Source: Trueperaceae bacterium
GTDB taxonomy: Bacteria; Deinococcota; Deinococci; Deinococcales; Trueperaceae
Length of the DNA stretch: 64,000 nt
Direction: 5' to 3'
Assembly: GCA_965213705.1 (NCBI GenBank)
Contig: OZ243913.1
Span: 864,001 to 928,000 of the forward strand
Of the stretch, positions 28,731-38,904 are shown in pieces. The translations under genes were made by a program, and so were the position numbers. How positions within the stretch are numbered: the stretch's first letter is position 1; each line of letters starts with the position of its first letter. The notes beneath the pieces are model-generated. The model saw only the letters and a list, made by a program, of their open reading frames with translations, was not told the DNA's origin and made no database searches.

Positions 28731-29969
28731 TCACCGTACCCCCGCGGTCGTACAAACTTGTCGAGTCTCAGACAGCGCGGTGAGTGGTAACCGCATAGAC
28801 ATCCGCTGCCCACCGCGCAGCACGACCACGTCGCACAGGCGACCGGCGGCACCGACCACGGCGTCGGTCTTTTTCGCTTGGTCGACACCTGTCGGCGTGT
28901 CCACGGCCGCGTCTCGGACCGCCACGATAACGTCGCCTCCCAACAGCCAGCGCGCGCCGCCGTAGTCCACGGGGCGCGACCCCCCCAAAAGGCCGGCCTG
29001 AGCGGCCGCACCGCCCGGCACGACGTTGAGCACCAGCCAGCCCTCGTCGGGCATACCGTACAGAACCTGCACACTTCTGGGTAAGTCGCGCACGTCGACC
29101 CCCGTCATGGCGGTGCTCATGGTGGCGCTCGGACGCTGCAGGGGCTCGGGCGACGACCCGGGTACCGGAGTTGGTACCAGGGCCAACCCCGCCAAACGCT
29201 CGAGCAGCGGCTGAATCGGCACAGCCAAGCTGACCCCGGCAAAGCTGTCGCCGCTGGGATTGTAAATCGCTGTGGCGACGCCCACAACCTCCCCCTGAGC
29301 CGTGAGCAGCGGCCCGCCCGAGCTGCCCTGGTTGAGGGCGGCGTCGGTCTGAATCATGGGCGGAAACTCACCCGGGAACTGTCGGTTCAACGCCGAAACG
29401 GTCCCGGTGGTTACCGAACCGCTCAGGCCGAAAGGGTGGCCGATAAGGATGACCTTCTGGCCGAGTTGCAAACCGTCTGTTTTGGTCAAGGGGATAGGCG
29501 GAACGTCGGGTACCGCGTCGGGCTCTACGGGTTCCAACAGCGCCATGTCCCACTCGGGCAGCGCGTACCTTTCCCGCACGCTCAAGGTGGTGCGGGGCTG
29601 CGACCCTGCAAAAGTGACCTTGAGTTCGACAGCCTCCTCCAAACCGGGTTGGGCCGCGTTTTTGGAATGCACGACGTGGTAGCTCGTCACGATGTAAGGC
29701 CGACCGGACAGGTGCACCAGAAAGCCGCTTCCGCCGCGCACGGCGGCAGGTCCGGGTGTGTTTGCGAGCGACACGTTCGCTGTCACGCGCGCGGCCGGAA
29801 AAACGCTGACGCCGACGACGCTCGCCTGGTAGCGCCCCGCCACCTCGACCGTGTTGGCTTCGTACTCGAGCAGCGCCCGCGTCTCGTCGTAGGGAGCAGA
29901 CGGTTGAGCCGCAGCCCAGCCCAAAAGGCTGAATAGGGTGAGGTTAAGAAAAAGTAGGTGACGTCGCAT
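28731..29969 (-). CDS. S1C (HtrA/DegP-like) trypsin peptidase with PDZ domain
   Basis: Signal peptide; GSGF, TSYHVV, DMALL, IQTDAALNQGSSGGPL; PDZ PGGAAAQAGL. Confidence 0.88.
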   Translation of the reverse strand: MRRHLLFLNLTLFSLLGWAAAQPSAPYDETRALLEYEANTVEVAGRYQASVVGVSVFPAARVTANVSLANTPGPAAVRGGSGFLVHLSGRPYIVTSYHVVHSKNAAQPGLEEAVELKVTFAGSQPRTTLSVRERYALPEWDMALLEPVEPDAVPDVPPIPLTKTDGLQLGQKVILIGHPFGLSGSVTTGTVSALNRQFPGEFPPMIQTDAALNQGSSGGPLLTAQGEVVGVATAIYNPSGDSFAGVSLAVPIQPLLERLAGLALVPTPVPGSSPEPLQRPSATMSTAMTGVDVRDLPRSVQVLYGMPDEGWLVLNVVPGGAAAQAGLLGGSRPVDYGGARWLLGGDVIVAVRDAAVDTPTGVDQAKKTDAVVGAAGRLCDVVVLRGGQRMSMRLPLTALSETRQVCTTAGVR

Positions 29970-30133
29970 AAGAGGCAAGTGTGAAGAACTTAACACCCGC
30001 AGTTTAACGCTTCAAGTGGACGAGGTCGGTGACCGTTGCAAGCTGTGTACTACAACCTTGCAGGAAACGAGTACGAACCCCCTTGCCTTGGGAGCGCGCG
30101 GGCAAGAGGTTCGCCTCGACAGACCTCAGGGTT

Positions 30134-30334
30134 TAATACCCTTTCCGGTTCATGACCTCGGTTAACCCGAGCCGACAGTCCTGAACCAGCGGAACTATCG
30201 GTGACGGTTTAACGCTCAGCCGTTAAAATCACAACCTATGGTTCAGGACTGTCCAGCGAGAAGAAACTGTCGCGGATTCCGGTGAGCCGAAAAACCTCTT
30301 TACGTCTAACAGGTGTACTACCGGAATCCGTATA
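30134..30334. mobile_element. SNR-like repeat / putative IS630-type MITE, copy 2, with nested module
   Basis: ataccctttccgg...gagaagaaactgtcgcggatt...ccggaatccgtat; insert 30174-30253 bounded by the 15-bp IR gacagtcctgaacca. Confidence 0.85.
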
Positions 30335-30415
30335 AACTGCGCACTTCAGGCGCGAGGCGGGGTCTTGGTCTGCGCGAGGTTTTGTGGCTGGGAAGTGCTC
30401 GAAGGCGTTTGCGTT

Positions 30416-31024
30416 TCAGCTGCGAGCGCGGCGCAAGGGCCGGCTTTTTTTCGGCGGTGCCACCGCGATACGCTGCCGCAGTTGGGGTTTGTCGAGGATG
30501 GCCTTGGCTAGCTTTTCGTTACCTTGAGCTTTGGCCTCGGCAATTTGAGACTCGAGCGCGAACAGCTCATAGGCTAACGCCGTTTCCAACCCTTTGCGAC
30601 GGGCACCCGCAGAGACGTCCTCGAGAAATTGGTCCAGTTTCACGCACAGGTAAAAGGGCAACTCGGATGACATGCCCCAATGTAGCCCCAGTCCGCTGCC
30701 CGGTTGTCGGCAGTCGTCACAGGCCGGGCAAGCGGTAGGGGCGGCCGGACCACCCTGGCACAGCCGTCATGCACGCCGTCGGAGCGTGTCGCCTTTTTGC
30801 TGGGCAGAGGTACACCCGCCACCGGTTTGGCAGCGCGAGGCCGGAACACGCACACCGTCGAGGTGAAGGTTATGTAGGCACGTGTGGAACGGCTCGCGCT
30901 GGTGGAGACGTGTGACGCTCAGAAAGGTCCTTCGGAGGTAGAACGCTCGGCTCTCAGCTCGAACGGCCGCAGGCTCGAGCCCTGCCTCCAAAGATTTTTG
31001 CCACCTTTTTAGCGCCGCCGTCAC
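30416..31024 (-). pseudogene. Cys-rich hypothetical reading frame interrupted by one in-frame TGA (30767-30769)
   Basis: ORFs 30767-31024 and 30416-30673 share a frame; the region between reads *RLCQGG...CPACDDC. Confidence 0.3.
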
Positions 31025-31194
31025 CGACTTGCGCTAGTATGCGTTAGGGAGGACCCAGTGCAACAACCGTGTTTTCTCAGTTCTCGCAATCCGACTCTCC
31101 CCGTCGTTTCCTGCGCTTGTATGATGGCGCGCGGTCACGTCAGCCTCCGTTGCGCCGTAGAAGAGGGTGGGTTCGGCCGCGGTCTCGAGCCGGC

Positions 31195-32232
31195 ATGACG
31201 ACAGTCCGCAAAGACACCAAATACGCAACGCGCAAGGACAACCTGGCGCTGTGGGGCGGCGTCCTCTTCAGCTTGCTGTTCACCCTGCTCGTTTGGGGCC
31301 TGGGCGGACGCTTGGAAAGCGTGCGTCTTTTGCCCGACCAGGGGGCGGCTTGGTACTACTGGAAGCTCCCCAACCCCACCTTCTGGAGCCGCGCGAGCGC
31401 CTGGGGCTTGTATCTCGCCCATCAGCTCGCCATTTGGGGCACTATCTTTTACGCGCAGACGCGGGTGCGGCGCTACGCTAAAGGGCTTCACCGCGTCAAC
31501 TTCGTCGCGCTCTCACTCAACGCGCTTTTCGTCGCGTTGCACCTCGTACAGACGCACCTGTGGTACGACGGGCTGGCCCAGGACACCAGCGTTTTTTCGT
31601 CCCAGGGCTCGGTCATCGTGCTCTTGGTCTGGGTCTTGCTGATGGAAAACCGGCGGCGCGGCCTGCTGTTCGGCTGGAAGGCCCCCTTGGGTGCGCAGAT
31701 CATGGACTTCGCGCGGCGGTATCACGGTTACTTTTTCGCCTGGGCAATCATCTACACGTTCTGGTTTCACCCGATGGTGGCGACGAGCGGCCACCTCGTC
31801 GGCTTGTTCTACACGCTGCTGCTCATGCTTCAGGGCAGCCTGATGTTTACGCCCGCGCACACCAACCGCTACTGGACGTTCTTTTTGGAGGTCATCGTCT
31901 TGGTTCACGGCACCCTGGTCGCCGTGATGCAGGCTAACGGCCTCTGGCCGATGTTCTTTTTCGGCTTCGCGGGCATTTTCGTCATCACGCAGATGCACGG
32001 TCTGGGTCTTTCCAAGTGGGTAAGGGGCGCTATCCTGGCGGGGTACATCGGCGGGGCGCTCTGGGTCTACAACAGCCGCGGCTTTGACAAGCTCAACGAA
32101 ATCGTGCGCATTCCGCTGATAGACTACCTGGCCGTACTCGTGCTGGCCGGATTGTTTGGGGTAGGGTTGTGGACAGTGCGGCGGCTGCGCGGCGCTTTTT
32201 CCGCGCGGCCCCGGGACCTGGGAGCGCCCTGA
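31195..32232 (+). CDS. Multi-pass membrane protein of unknown function
   Basis: About 9 hydrophobic segments rich in His/Trp; genome-like codon usage; ATG 31195. Confidence 0.8.
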   Translation: MTTVRKDTKYATRKDNLALWGGVLFSLLFTLLVWGLGGRLESVRLLPDQGAAWYYWKLPNPTFWSRASAWGLYLAHQLAIWGTIFYAQTRVRRYAKGLHRVNFVALSLNALFVALHLVQTHLWYDGLAQDTSVFSSQGSVIVLLVWVLLMENRRRGLLFGWKAPLGAQIMDFARRYHGYFFAWAIIYTFWFHPMVATSGHLVGLFYTLLLMLQGSLMFTPAHTNRYWTFFLEVIVLVHGTLVAVMQANGLWPMFFFGFAGIFVITQMHGLGLSKWVRGAILAGYIGGALWVYNSRGFDKLNEIVRIPLIDYLAVLVLAGLFGVGLWTVRRLRGAFSARPRDLGAP

Positions 32233-32268
32233 ACCCAGAAGCCGGGTGTGGTTTAGGGCGGCGTTCAG

Positions 32269-33087
32269 TTAAACCCGCTCCGCCTTGACCCGCTTGAGCT
32301 GCGCCACAATCATAAAGCTGACGATGACCAACAAGCCCCAGGAGCTGAGCTTGCTCAGCTCGACCACGCGCCAACCGCCTGCCTGGTGAGGGTAAACCCA
32401 CGCGCCCAAGTACGTCGAGATGTTCTCGGCCAACCACACGAACAAGCCGATGAGCAAAAAGGCAACCACCAGGGGCATGGCAAACGTACTGCGGTAGGGC
32501 GTAAACAGAATCCTGGTCTTGACGAACACCGCGAACACCGCCCCCACCAACACCCACCTCAGGTCGAACACAAAGTGATGGCTGAAAAAGTTGAGGTAAA
32601 TGGCCGCCCCCAAGGGTACGACCAGCGCCGGTGACGGCCAACTGACCAGGCGCAAGTCGAAGCGCCGCCACGCCTGGGTCATAAAGCTCGCCACGCTCGC
32701 GTACATAAAACCGCTGTAAAGAGGCACCGCGCCCAGTTTGCTGTAAGCGGCCTCGGGGTACGACCACGAGCCCTGCTGGGTTTTGAACAGCTCGAGCGCC
32801 AACCCCAGCAGGTGAAACACGCAGACCACCTTGAGTTCGTCCCGACTCTCAAAGCCCGCCCCGACCATGACGACTTGCAGCCCCACGCAACCGAGCAGCA
32901 AAAAGTCGTAGCGCGGCAGGGGCAAGGCGAACACTTTCGAAAAGGCGAGCAGGATAAAAATAAAGCCTGGAAACACACACGAAGCTGCGTTTTTATAAAC
33001 GAACGCGCCTCCCTCCAGCGCGTAGCGGCCCAGCTGGGTGGACTCGAGCCTGGCGAGCAAAGCGGGGTAGACCTTTGAGGGCATCAT
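32269..33087 (-). CDS. DUF817 family membrane protein
   Basis: PRYDFLL, DELKV..VFHLLG, WSYPE, VPLYSGFMYASV, AENISTY.GAW.YP. Confidence 0.85.
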   Translation of the reverse strand: MMPSKVYPALLARLESTQLGRYALEGGAFVYKNAASCVFPGFIFILLAFSKVFALPLPRYDFLLLGCVGLQVVMVGAGFESRDELKVVCVFHLLGLALELFKTQQGSWSYPEAAYSKLGAVPLYSGFMYASVASFMTQAWRRFDLRLVSWPSPALVVPLGAAIYLNFFSHHFVFDLRWVLVGAVFAVFVKTRILFTPYRSTFAMPLVVAFLLIGLFVWLAENISTYLGAWVYPHQAGGWRVVELSKLSSWGLLVIVSFMIVAQLKRVKAERV

Positions 33088-33193
33088 GTGAGTATCTTAC
33101 ACAAATTACACACTCAACCGGTCGATAAGTCCACAGGGCTGCTCGGGCGCGAGAGTCGGGCAAGCCAAAACGGAGACTGCAGGCTCGGTCAGG

Positions 33194-33973
33194 CTACCGT
33201 GAACCAGCGGGCTCGAGGGAGGAAACCAACTTTTCCAAGTAGTCAAAGCTGCGCCGAACCGTTTTTACCGGGTCTGCGGGCGCGTCGTGCTCGACGACGA
33301 ACCATTCGGTTCCAGCATTCTTGGCGGCTCTCAAGAGCGGTGCCCAGTCGATGACCCCGTAGCCCACGTCCGCCCACCCGTCTTGCCCTAAGTTCTCACC
33401 CGCCGGCGCGCGGTCTTTGACGTGGACGCGCTTCAAGCGGCCGCTGTACTTTTCGATGAGCGGCGTGGGGTCCACCCCGCCCTCCCGACACCAACCCAGG
33501 TCCAGCTCGAGCCCTAAGTCCGGCGCGCTGTCCAGGAGGTGCTCCAAACCTAACTTGCCGTCGTAGTAGCCGAACTCGAACGAGTGGTTGTGGTAGAGGA
33601 GCGTCATCCGTTCGGCTTTGACCTGCTGCGCAAGTTTGTTGAAACGCTCGCCAAGTTTTTGCCAGCTCTCGGCGTCGTCGCCGTAGTGCGCGGCGCTTAG
33701 CCAGGGAATGACGAGGGTGTCGTTGCCGAGGGTTTTCTGGAAAGCGGCGACGGCGCCCAGATGGTTCTCGAGCACGTCCAACGTCACGTGCGCGGAGACC
33801 ATCTCGACGCCGTTTTCGTCAAGCACTTTCTTGAGTTCGTCGGCGTCTATGTCGGGGCCGTAGCCACCTTCGATGCCCGCGTAGCCCGCGTCGGCAGCGA
33901 TTTTAACGAGTTCTTTCGCGTCGTCTGAAAGGTGGCGGAGGGTGTAAAGCTGTACGGCTAGGGAATAGGTCAC
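33194..33973 (-). CDS. Sugar phosphate isomerase/epimerase (xylose-isomerase-like TIM barrel)
   Basis: VQLYTLR, YHNHSFEF, ELDLGW, HVKD, VEHD. Confidence 0.9.
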   Translation of the reverse strand: MTYSLAVQLYTLRHLSDDAKELVKIAADAGYAGIEGGYGPDIDADELKKVLDENGVEMVSAHVTLDVLENHLGAVAAFQKTLGNDTLVIPWLSAAHYGDDAESWQKLGERFNKLAQQVKAERMTLLYHNHSFEFGYYDGKLGLEHLLDSAPDLGLELDLGWCREGGVDPTPLIEKYSGRLKRVHVKDRAPAGENLGQDGWADVGYGVIDWAPLLRAAKNAGTEWFVVEHDAPADPVKTVRRSFDYLEKLVSSLEPAGSR

Positions 33974-34003
33974 GGGTGGCTCCTTTTTGCAGGTGTCAGG
34001 TGT

Positions 34004-35158
34004 TTAATCATCGAGTTCGCCTACTTTCAAGCCCGGCGGCAACGGGGCGGGGCGGTCGCAGGTGCTTTCAACATCGACAAATCTCCGCGCGTCCGAGGCG
34101 TCTTGGACAGCTTGCAACGTGTCCAGGACGTGATAGGCCAGCTCGCCGCTGGCGCGGTGGGGGCGGCCGGAGCGCAGCGCGTAGGCCAGGTCGGCGACGC
34201 CCAGGCCCCGGTCATACCCTGAATAGCTGTGGGTGAGGGGCATGGTTTGCCAGGTTTCGTCCCCCTTTTTCTTGAGGCGCACCGGGCCGTCGAAGGTGTT
34301 GGGGTCGGGGACGCTCAAAGTGCCCTCGCTGCCGTAGATTTCAAGGCGGGGCAGTTCCGAGGCGACCACCTCGCCGCTGACAATCAAGGTGACGGGTTTG
34401 CCGGAGGCGAGTTCCAAGAGCGCTGTTGCGTGAACGGGCGCGTCAACCTTGATAACCGTGCCCGCGTGGGGCTCACTCGTCACGGTGCGCTCGGGCACAC
34501 CGGTCGTCGTCAACCCGACGACCGACCCGACCGGCCCGAGCAGGTTGACAAGCGCGGTGAGGTAATAGGGTCCCATGTCGAACAAGGGATGCCCGCCGTA
34601 CTTAAAAAAGAAGAACGGGCTCGGGTGCCAGGTCTCGACGCCGTGACCGAGCATAAAGGCGCTCGCCGAGAGCGGCTCGCCGATCGCACCCTCGTCTAAG
34701 AGTTTGCGGCACGTTTGGATGCCGCCGCCCATGAAAGTGTCCGGGGCGCAAGCGAGCCGCAGGTTGGCAGCGTCTGCGGCGTCGAGCAGCGCCTTGCCGT
34801 CTTCGCGCGTAATGGCTAAGGGCTTCTCGCTGTAGACGTGCTTGCCCGCGTTCAGCGCGTTCAAGCTCACCTCGGCGTGGACGGTGGGAACGGTTAAGTT
34901 GACGGCGATGTCGAGCGTGTCGTCGGCCAAAAGGTCTTCGACCGAACAGCCTTTGGCGACGCCGTACTCGCGGGCCTTGGTTTTTGCCCGCTCGACGTTG
35001 ATGTCGCTCAGGGCGGTCAGCTCGAGCCACGGAAACACCCCTAAGCCCCGGATGTAAGCGTCCGAAATGGTGCCGCAGCCAACCAAGCCGACCTTGTAGA
35101 CGTCTTTACCGTAAACGTCTTTACTGAGAACGTCTTTACCGCAAACGTTTTTACTCAC
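34004..35158 (-). CDS. Gfo/Idh/MocA family oxidoreductase
   Basis: VGCGTIS, KHVYSEKP, CAPDTFMG, DMGPYY. Confidence 0.92.
   Translation of the reverse strand: MSKNVCGKDVLSKDVYGKDVYKVGLVGCGTISDAYIRGLGVFPWLELTALSDINVERAKTKAREYGVAKGCSVEDLLADDTLDIAVNLTVPTVHAEVSLNALNAGKHVYSEKPLAITREDGKALLDAADAANLRLACAPDTFMGGGIQTCRKLLDEGAIGEPLSASAFMLGHGVETWHPSPFFFFKYGGHPLFDMGPYYLTALVNLLGPVGSVVGLTTTGVPERTVTSEPHAGTVIKVDAPVHATALLELASGKPVTLIVSGEVVASELPRLEIYGSEGTLSVPDPNTFDGPVRLKKKGDETWQTMPLTHSYSGYDRGLGVADLAYALRSGRPHRASGELAYHVLDTLQAVQDASDARRFVDVESTCDRPAPLPPGLKVGELDD
35095..35154 (-). repeat. 15-nt tandem repeat x4 at the oxidoreductase N-terminus
   Basis: gtaaaaacgtttgcg gtaaagacgttctca gtaaagacgtttacg gtaaagacgtctaca (SKNVC GKDVL SKDVY GKDVY). 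Confidence 0.8.
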
Positions 35159-35203
35159 ACGCGGCCCTCCTGAAGGGGTTTGCTCCGACTGAACAACGGC
35201 GCG

Positions 35204-37585
35204 TCACCTTGCCACAAAGTTAGACAGCAGCTTAACGTACGCCGCCTGGTAGTAGATAGCGGGCTCGGTAATTTCCCACGGTGACGCGGAGGCGGTGTTC
35301 CAATCGCGGTAGGCTTTTTGCGCGGGCTCGCCCGCAGGCGGCGCGGCTCGCCCGGAATAAGCTGCGTTCGGGCCGCCCGTCACGTAACCCGGAGCCGGAC
35401 CCCGCTCGCTCGTCCGGGCGTTGTCCCAAACAGAGCCGTCACGAAACCAGTCGTGCCACATCTCGGCGGCTGAATACTCCGCGCCGTACTCGACCATGTT
35501 GGTCAGGTAAACCATGTTGAGCGGGTTCACCCCGTGCAGGTAGTGGACGATGCCGAGGGCTTTTTCCCTGTAAGTCTCACTCGCACCGGCGTCGAGGTTG
35601 TAGTGAAGCATGTCGAGGTTGGTGTTGCCGAGCGCGGCGCGGACGTAGTTGCTGCCCCAGTGGTAAGACGCTTGGGGCAAGTAGGCGCGGTAGAGGTCTT
35701 GGTCGGGCTGAAACCCGTAGAGTTCGGTGGAGGTTAGGGTGGCTTGCTCGAGCTTCGCGTTCAGGATGGTCTGCGCCAGCTCGGGGTCGGCGTCTTCCAG
35801 GGTCGTGTAGTAAAGCAGTGCGTCACCCTGGTCGGGGTTGTACATCGACCACCTCAGGGCATGTTCGTCGTTGAAGGGGTTGGTGCTTCGGTAAGTCGCC
35901 TGAAGCGCCGCCTGGTAAACCCGTTCGCCCGTTAGGGCGTAGAGGTACACGGCGGCTACCGCCTGGGTCGCGTCTTGCTCGTTCAGAGTCCAGTCGGCGT
36001 CGCCCGCTTTAATCTCACCCGTGTCGCAGTCTTCGCGGCGCTCGTTGTTCACGTACCAGTCGTAAGCGCGCGCCGCACGTTTTCCTAAGTCGGCGGCGTA
36101 GTCGCTCAGCTTTTCAAACTGCTCGAACACAAGCGCCCCGTGCGCGAACATGCTGGCGGCGGCGATGCTCGAGCTTGAACAGACAGGCGCGTAGTAGCGG
36201 GGCCGCGCGTCCTCAGACGGAGGCGAAACGGAGTTGTAGTCGATGTTGCCGACCTTGATAAGCACGCCGCCATTGTCAAGCTGCATCTTTTTGAGCCAGT
36301 CGAACTCCCACAGAAGTTCGTCTATCAGGTCGGGAAGACCGTTGCCCGATTCGGGAATGCCAAAGGCGTCGGTGAAGGCGTTGGGGTTTTGTTCGTAAGC
36401 GCTTAGCAGCGTGTGAACGGGCGCGTGGGCGAAAGTCACGTACTTGTTGTAGTCGCCCGCGTCGAACCAGCCGCCGGAGAGGTCTCGGGCCGTGTCCGGG
36501 TTCTCCTTGGCCTCGACGAAACGCGCCTCGGTGTCCTGGCCCGGCCCCAAAAAGCTTTTGCCGTCCGTCCAGCGGGGGTCGGCGTAAGGCTCCTCTTTCG
36601 CCGTGTTGGCGCGGTTGTAGTAAAACATGCGCGTGGCGGCTTTCAGCACTTCGTCGTAAACGTCCTCAGCAATTTCAAACTCATGGGAACGTGCGTCTTT
36701 TTCAACGTCGTAAACGTAGTAGTTTCCTGGCTCGCTGACGTTACTAAAGTCGAACCACCAGCCCCTATCACCGGAGGTTTCTTGCACCGCCCCGTCCTGC
36801 CAGGCTTCGGGAGCGCTGGAGAAGACGGTGAAACCGTCTTCTCTTCTAACCTCGAGCACCGCCCCCGGCACGTACTCGTCTTGGGCGTTGAAGCCCGTTT
36901 GTGGGTCGACCAACACCGCGACCTTGGCGTCATTGGGACGGTAGCCGAACTGGTCGACCACGATGTAGGGAGTCTCGCGTCCGCCCGTCACCGGGACCTC
37001 GGACAACGTGAAGTTGTCAAAACAGACTTTGACCGGTGTGTCTGGGTTGAGGGAGCCGCCCAGAAACAGCTCGAGCGCCAAGTCGCTGGCCCGCACCTCG
37101 ACGTCCAGGCTGTAACGGCGCGGCGCGGGCCCGACCGGCTGCACTTGGTAAAAATATTCGGCGTAGGGTGCGCCTGCTTGACCGATTTTTACGCCGACCG
37201 CGGCGTCTTTGTCGGCGTAGGCTTCAAAACCCAAAGAGTAAGTTTGGCCTGCCAGGTTCAACCCGGCTTGGCGTAACGTGACGCTCCAGGGATTTTCCCC
37301 GCCGGCGTTTACCACGGCGCAGTAGGCGCCGCCGGTCACGCCGCCTTTGGCTTCGGCAGGCGCGTAGACGCCGAACGACCAGTTTGCGTCGCTGTGGTCG
37401 AAGTTTGGATTCCGAAAGAGGTTTGCGCCCGCTTGCGCCGCGCCGTTCTCGGTGAGGGTGTTTACTGAGGTCCGCTCGTCGGTCTTGGTAACCGTGCCAA
37501 ACTCCTGCACGGTCAAACTGTTCAGAGTTTGGACGCTGGGCGTCAGCGCGAGCAGCGCGAGTCCTATCAACAGGTGAATGGTCAT
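35204..37585 (-). CDS. Secreted glycoside hydrolase family 9 with CBM4/9-like and Ig-like domains
   Basis: Signal peptide; NLFRNPNFD...CFDNFTL (CBM); VDQFGY (Ig-like); GGWFDAGDYNKY; WEITEPAIYYQA. Confidence 0.88.
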   Translation of the reverse strand: MTIHLLIGLALLALTPSVQTLNSLTVQEFGTVTKTDERTSVNTLTENGAAQAGANLFRNPNFDHSDANWSFGVYAPAEAKGGVTGGAYCAVVNAGGENPWSVTLRQAGLNLAGQTYSLGFEAYADKDAAVGVKIGQAGAPYAEYFYQVQPVGPAPRRYSLDVEVRASDLALELFLGGSLNPDTPVKVCFDNFTLSEVPVTGGRETPYIVVDQFGYRPNDAKVAVLVDPQTGFNAQDEYVPGAVLEVRREDGFTVFSSAPEAWQDGAVQETSGDRGWWFDFSNVSEPGNYYVYDVEKDARSHEFEIAEDVYDEVLKAATRMFYYNRANTAKEEPYADPRWTDGKSFLGPGQDTEARFVEAKENPDTARDLSGGWFDAGDYNKYVTFAHAPVHTLLSAYEQNPNAFTDAFGIPESGNGLPDLIDELLWEFDWLKKMQLDNGGVLIKVGNIDYNSVSPPSEDARPRYYAPVCSSSSIAAASMFAHGALVFEQFEKLSDYAADLGKRAARAYDWYVNNERREDCDTGEIKAGDADWTLNEQDATQAVAAVYLYALTGERVYQAALQATYRSTNPFNDEHALRWSMYNPDQGDALLYYTTLEDADPELAQTILNAKLEQATLTSTELYGFQPDQDLYRAYLPQASYHWGSNYVRAALGNTNLDMLHYNLDAGASETYREKALGIVHYLHGVNPLNMVYLTNMVEYGAEYSAAEMWHDWFRDGSVWDNARTSERGPAPGYVTGGPNAAYSGRAAPPAGEPAQKAYRDWNTASASPWEITEPAIYYQAAYVKLLSNFVAR

Positions 37586-37860
37586 GTCTTTCCTCTCAAG
37601 TGGGATTCGGGACTGCCTTTGAGGATACAGGTTTAAAGGCAGCCGACTTAAAAGACGACCGACTTTGAAGATAAAAAACTAAGAGCGACACGGGCTAAAA
37701 CCGCTGTGTACAAAACCGCTGCAGAGTTCGGTAGAACAGTGAGAAACCTTTCTCGGAGATTCGGGGTATTATCGAACCTCGAGCAAGCTTGAAAAGCCTT
37801 TTTCCGACCCCTTTCTAGCACCCTACGAGCCGAGGTAACGCCCATGCCGAAGGTAAACCT

Positions 37861-38904
37861 GTGACCGCCAAGCCTGTCAAGGGGCGCAACTCCGTTCACC
37901 GCTCAGGGTGGTTTTTGCTCGGCGGGGCCGCCCTGCTCAACTTAGGCGTGACCCTGTTGGGACTGTGGCAGCTCCTCTGGGGGGCGGTGCTGTTCGCCGA
38001 CTTCGTCCTGCTCGTGCTGTTCGCGGAGCGACTGCAAAGCCGTGTGCGGCTACGTTTCCAGACCGTTTACAAACGTGTTTTGGCCTTCGGTTTTCCGGTG
38101 CTTGTGCTCGTCGTCTGGGAAATAGTCGTGGGCGCGGGCCTGCTGAACCCGCGTTGGTTTCCGCCGCCGACCAAGATTGCCGGGGCGCTATGGGACCTCA
38201 CCGTCAGTTACGACCGCTTCAACGAGACAAGCCTCATCGGACGCCCCTGGCTTATCCCGAGCCGCCTGGGGTCGGACGGCTGGCCGGGCGTAGCCGCGCT
38301 TTTTGCAGAAAGCCACGTCTTCGCCACGCTCAGCCGGGTGTTGGCGGGCTTTGCCATCGGCGCGCTGCCGGGGATTGTGCTCGGCATCGTTATGGGCCTC
38401 AACAAGACGGTACGCACCATGCTAGACGCGACCTTGTCGGCGGTCTACGTGCTGCCCAAAATCGCCATTTTTCCGCTGATGATGTTGATTTTCCCGAACC
38501 CGTTCGGTGAAGGCCCCAAAATTGCCGTCGTCGCCATTTCGGCTTTTTTCCTGGTGGCTATCAGCACGATGGCGGGGGTGCGCGACATCGACCCGGTGTT
38601 TTTGCAAGCGGGCAAAAATTTCGGCGCCGGCCCACTGCAGATGTTCCGGCACGTCATCTTGCCTGCGGCCCTGCCGATTATCTTCTCGGGCTTGCGGCTG
38701 GCCCTCGGCACCGCCCTGATAGTCATCGTGGCGGTCGAGTTCGTGCGGGCGCAGACCGGGGTGGGGTTTGTCATTTTCTACAGTTGGCAGGTGTTGGCAA
38801 CCGAAAAGATGTACGCCGGCTTGTTCGTGGTCATGCTTCTCGGCGTAGCGCTCACCTACGGCCTGCAAACGCTGGAACGTCACGCGATGCCGTGGCGAAA
38901 GTGA
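37861..38904 (+). CDS. ABC transporter permease (SsuC/TauC/NitT-like)
   Basis: PPPTKI, LPKIAIFPL, EAA-like loop QAGKNFGA, HVILPAALP. Confidence 0.88.
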   Translation: MTAKPVKGRNSVHRSGWFLLGGAALLNLGVTLLGLWQLLWGAVLFADFVLLVLFAERLQSRVRLRFQTVYKRVLAFGFPVLVLVVWEIVVGAGLLNPRWFPPPTKIAGALWDLTVSYDRFNETSLIGRPWLIPSRLGSDGWPGVAALFAESHVFATLSRVLAGFAIGALPGIVLGIVMGLNKTVRTMLDATLSAVYVLPKIAIFPLMMLIFPNPFGEGPKIAVVAISAFFLVAISTMAGVRDIDPVFLQAGKNFGAGPLQMFRHVILPAALPIIFSGLRLALGTALIVIVAVEFVRAQTGVGFVIFYSWQVLATEKMYAGLFVVMLLGVALTYGLQTLERHAMPWRK

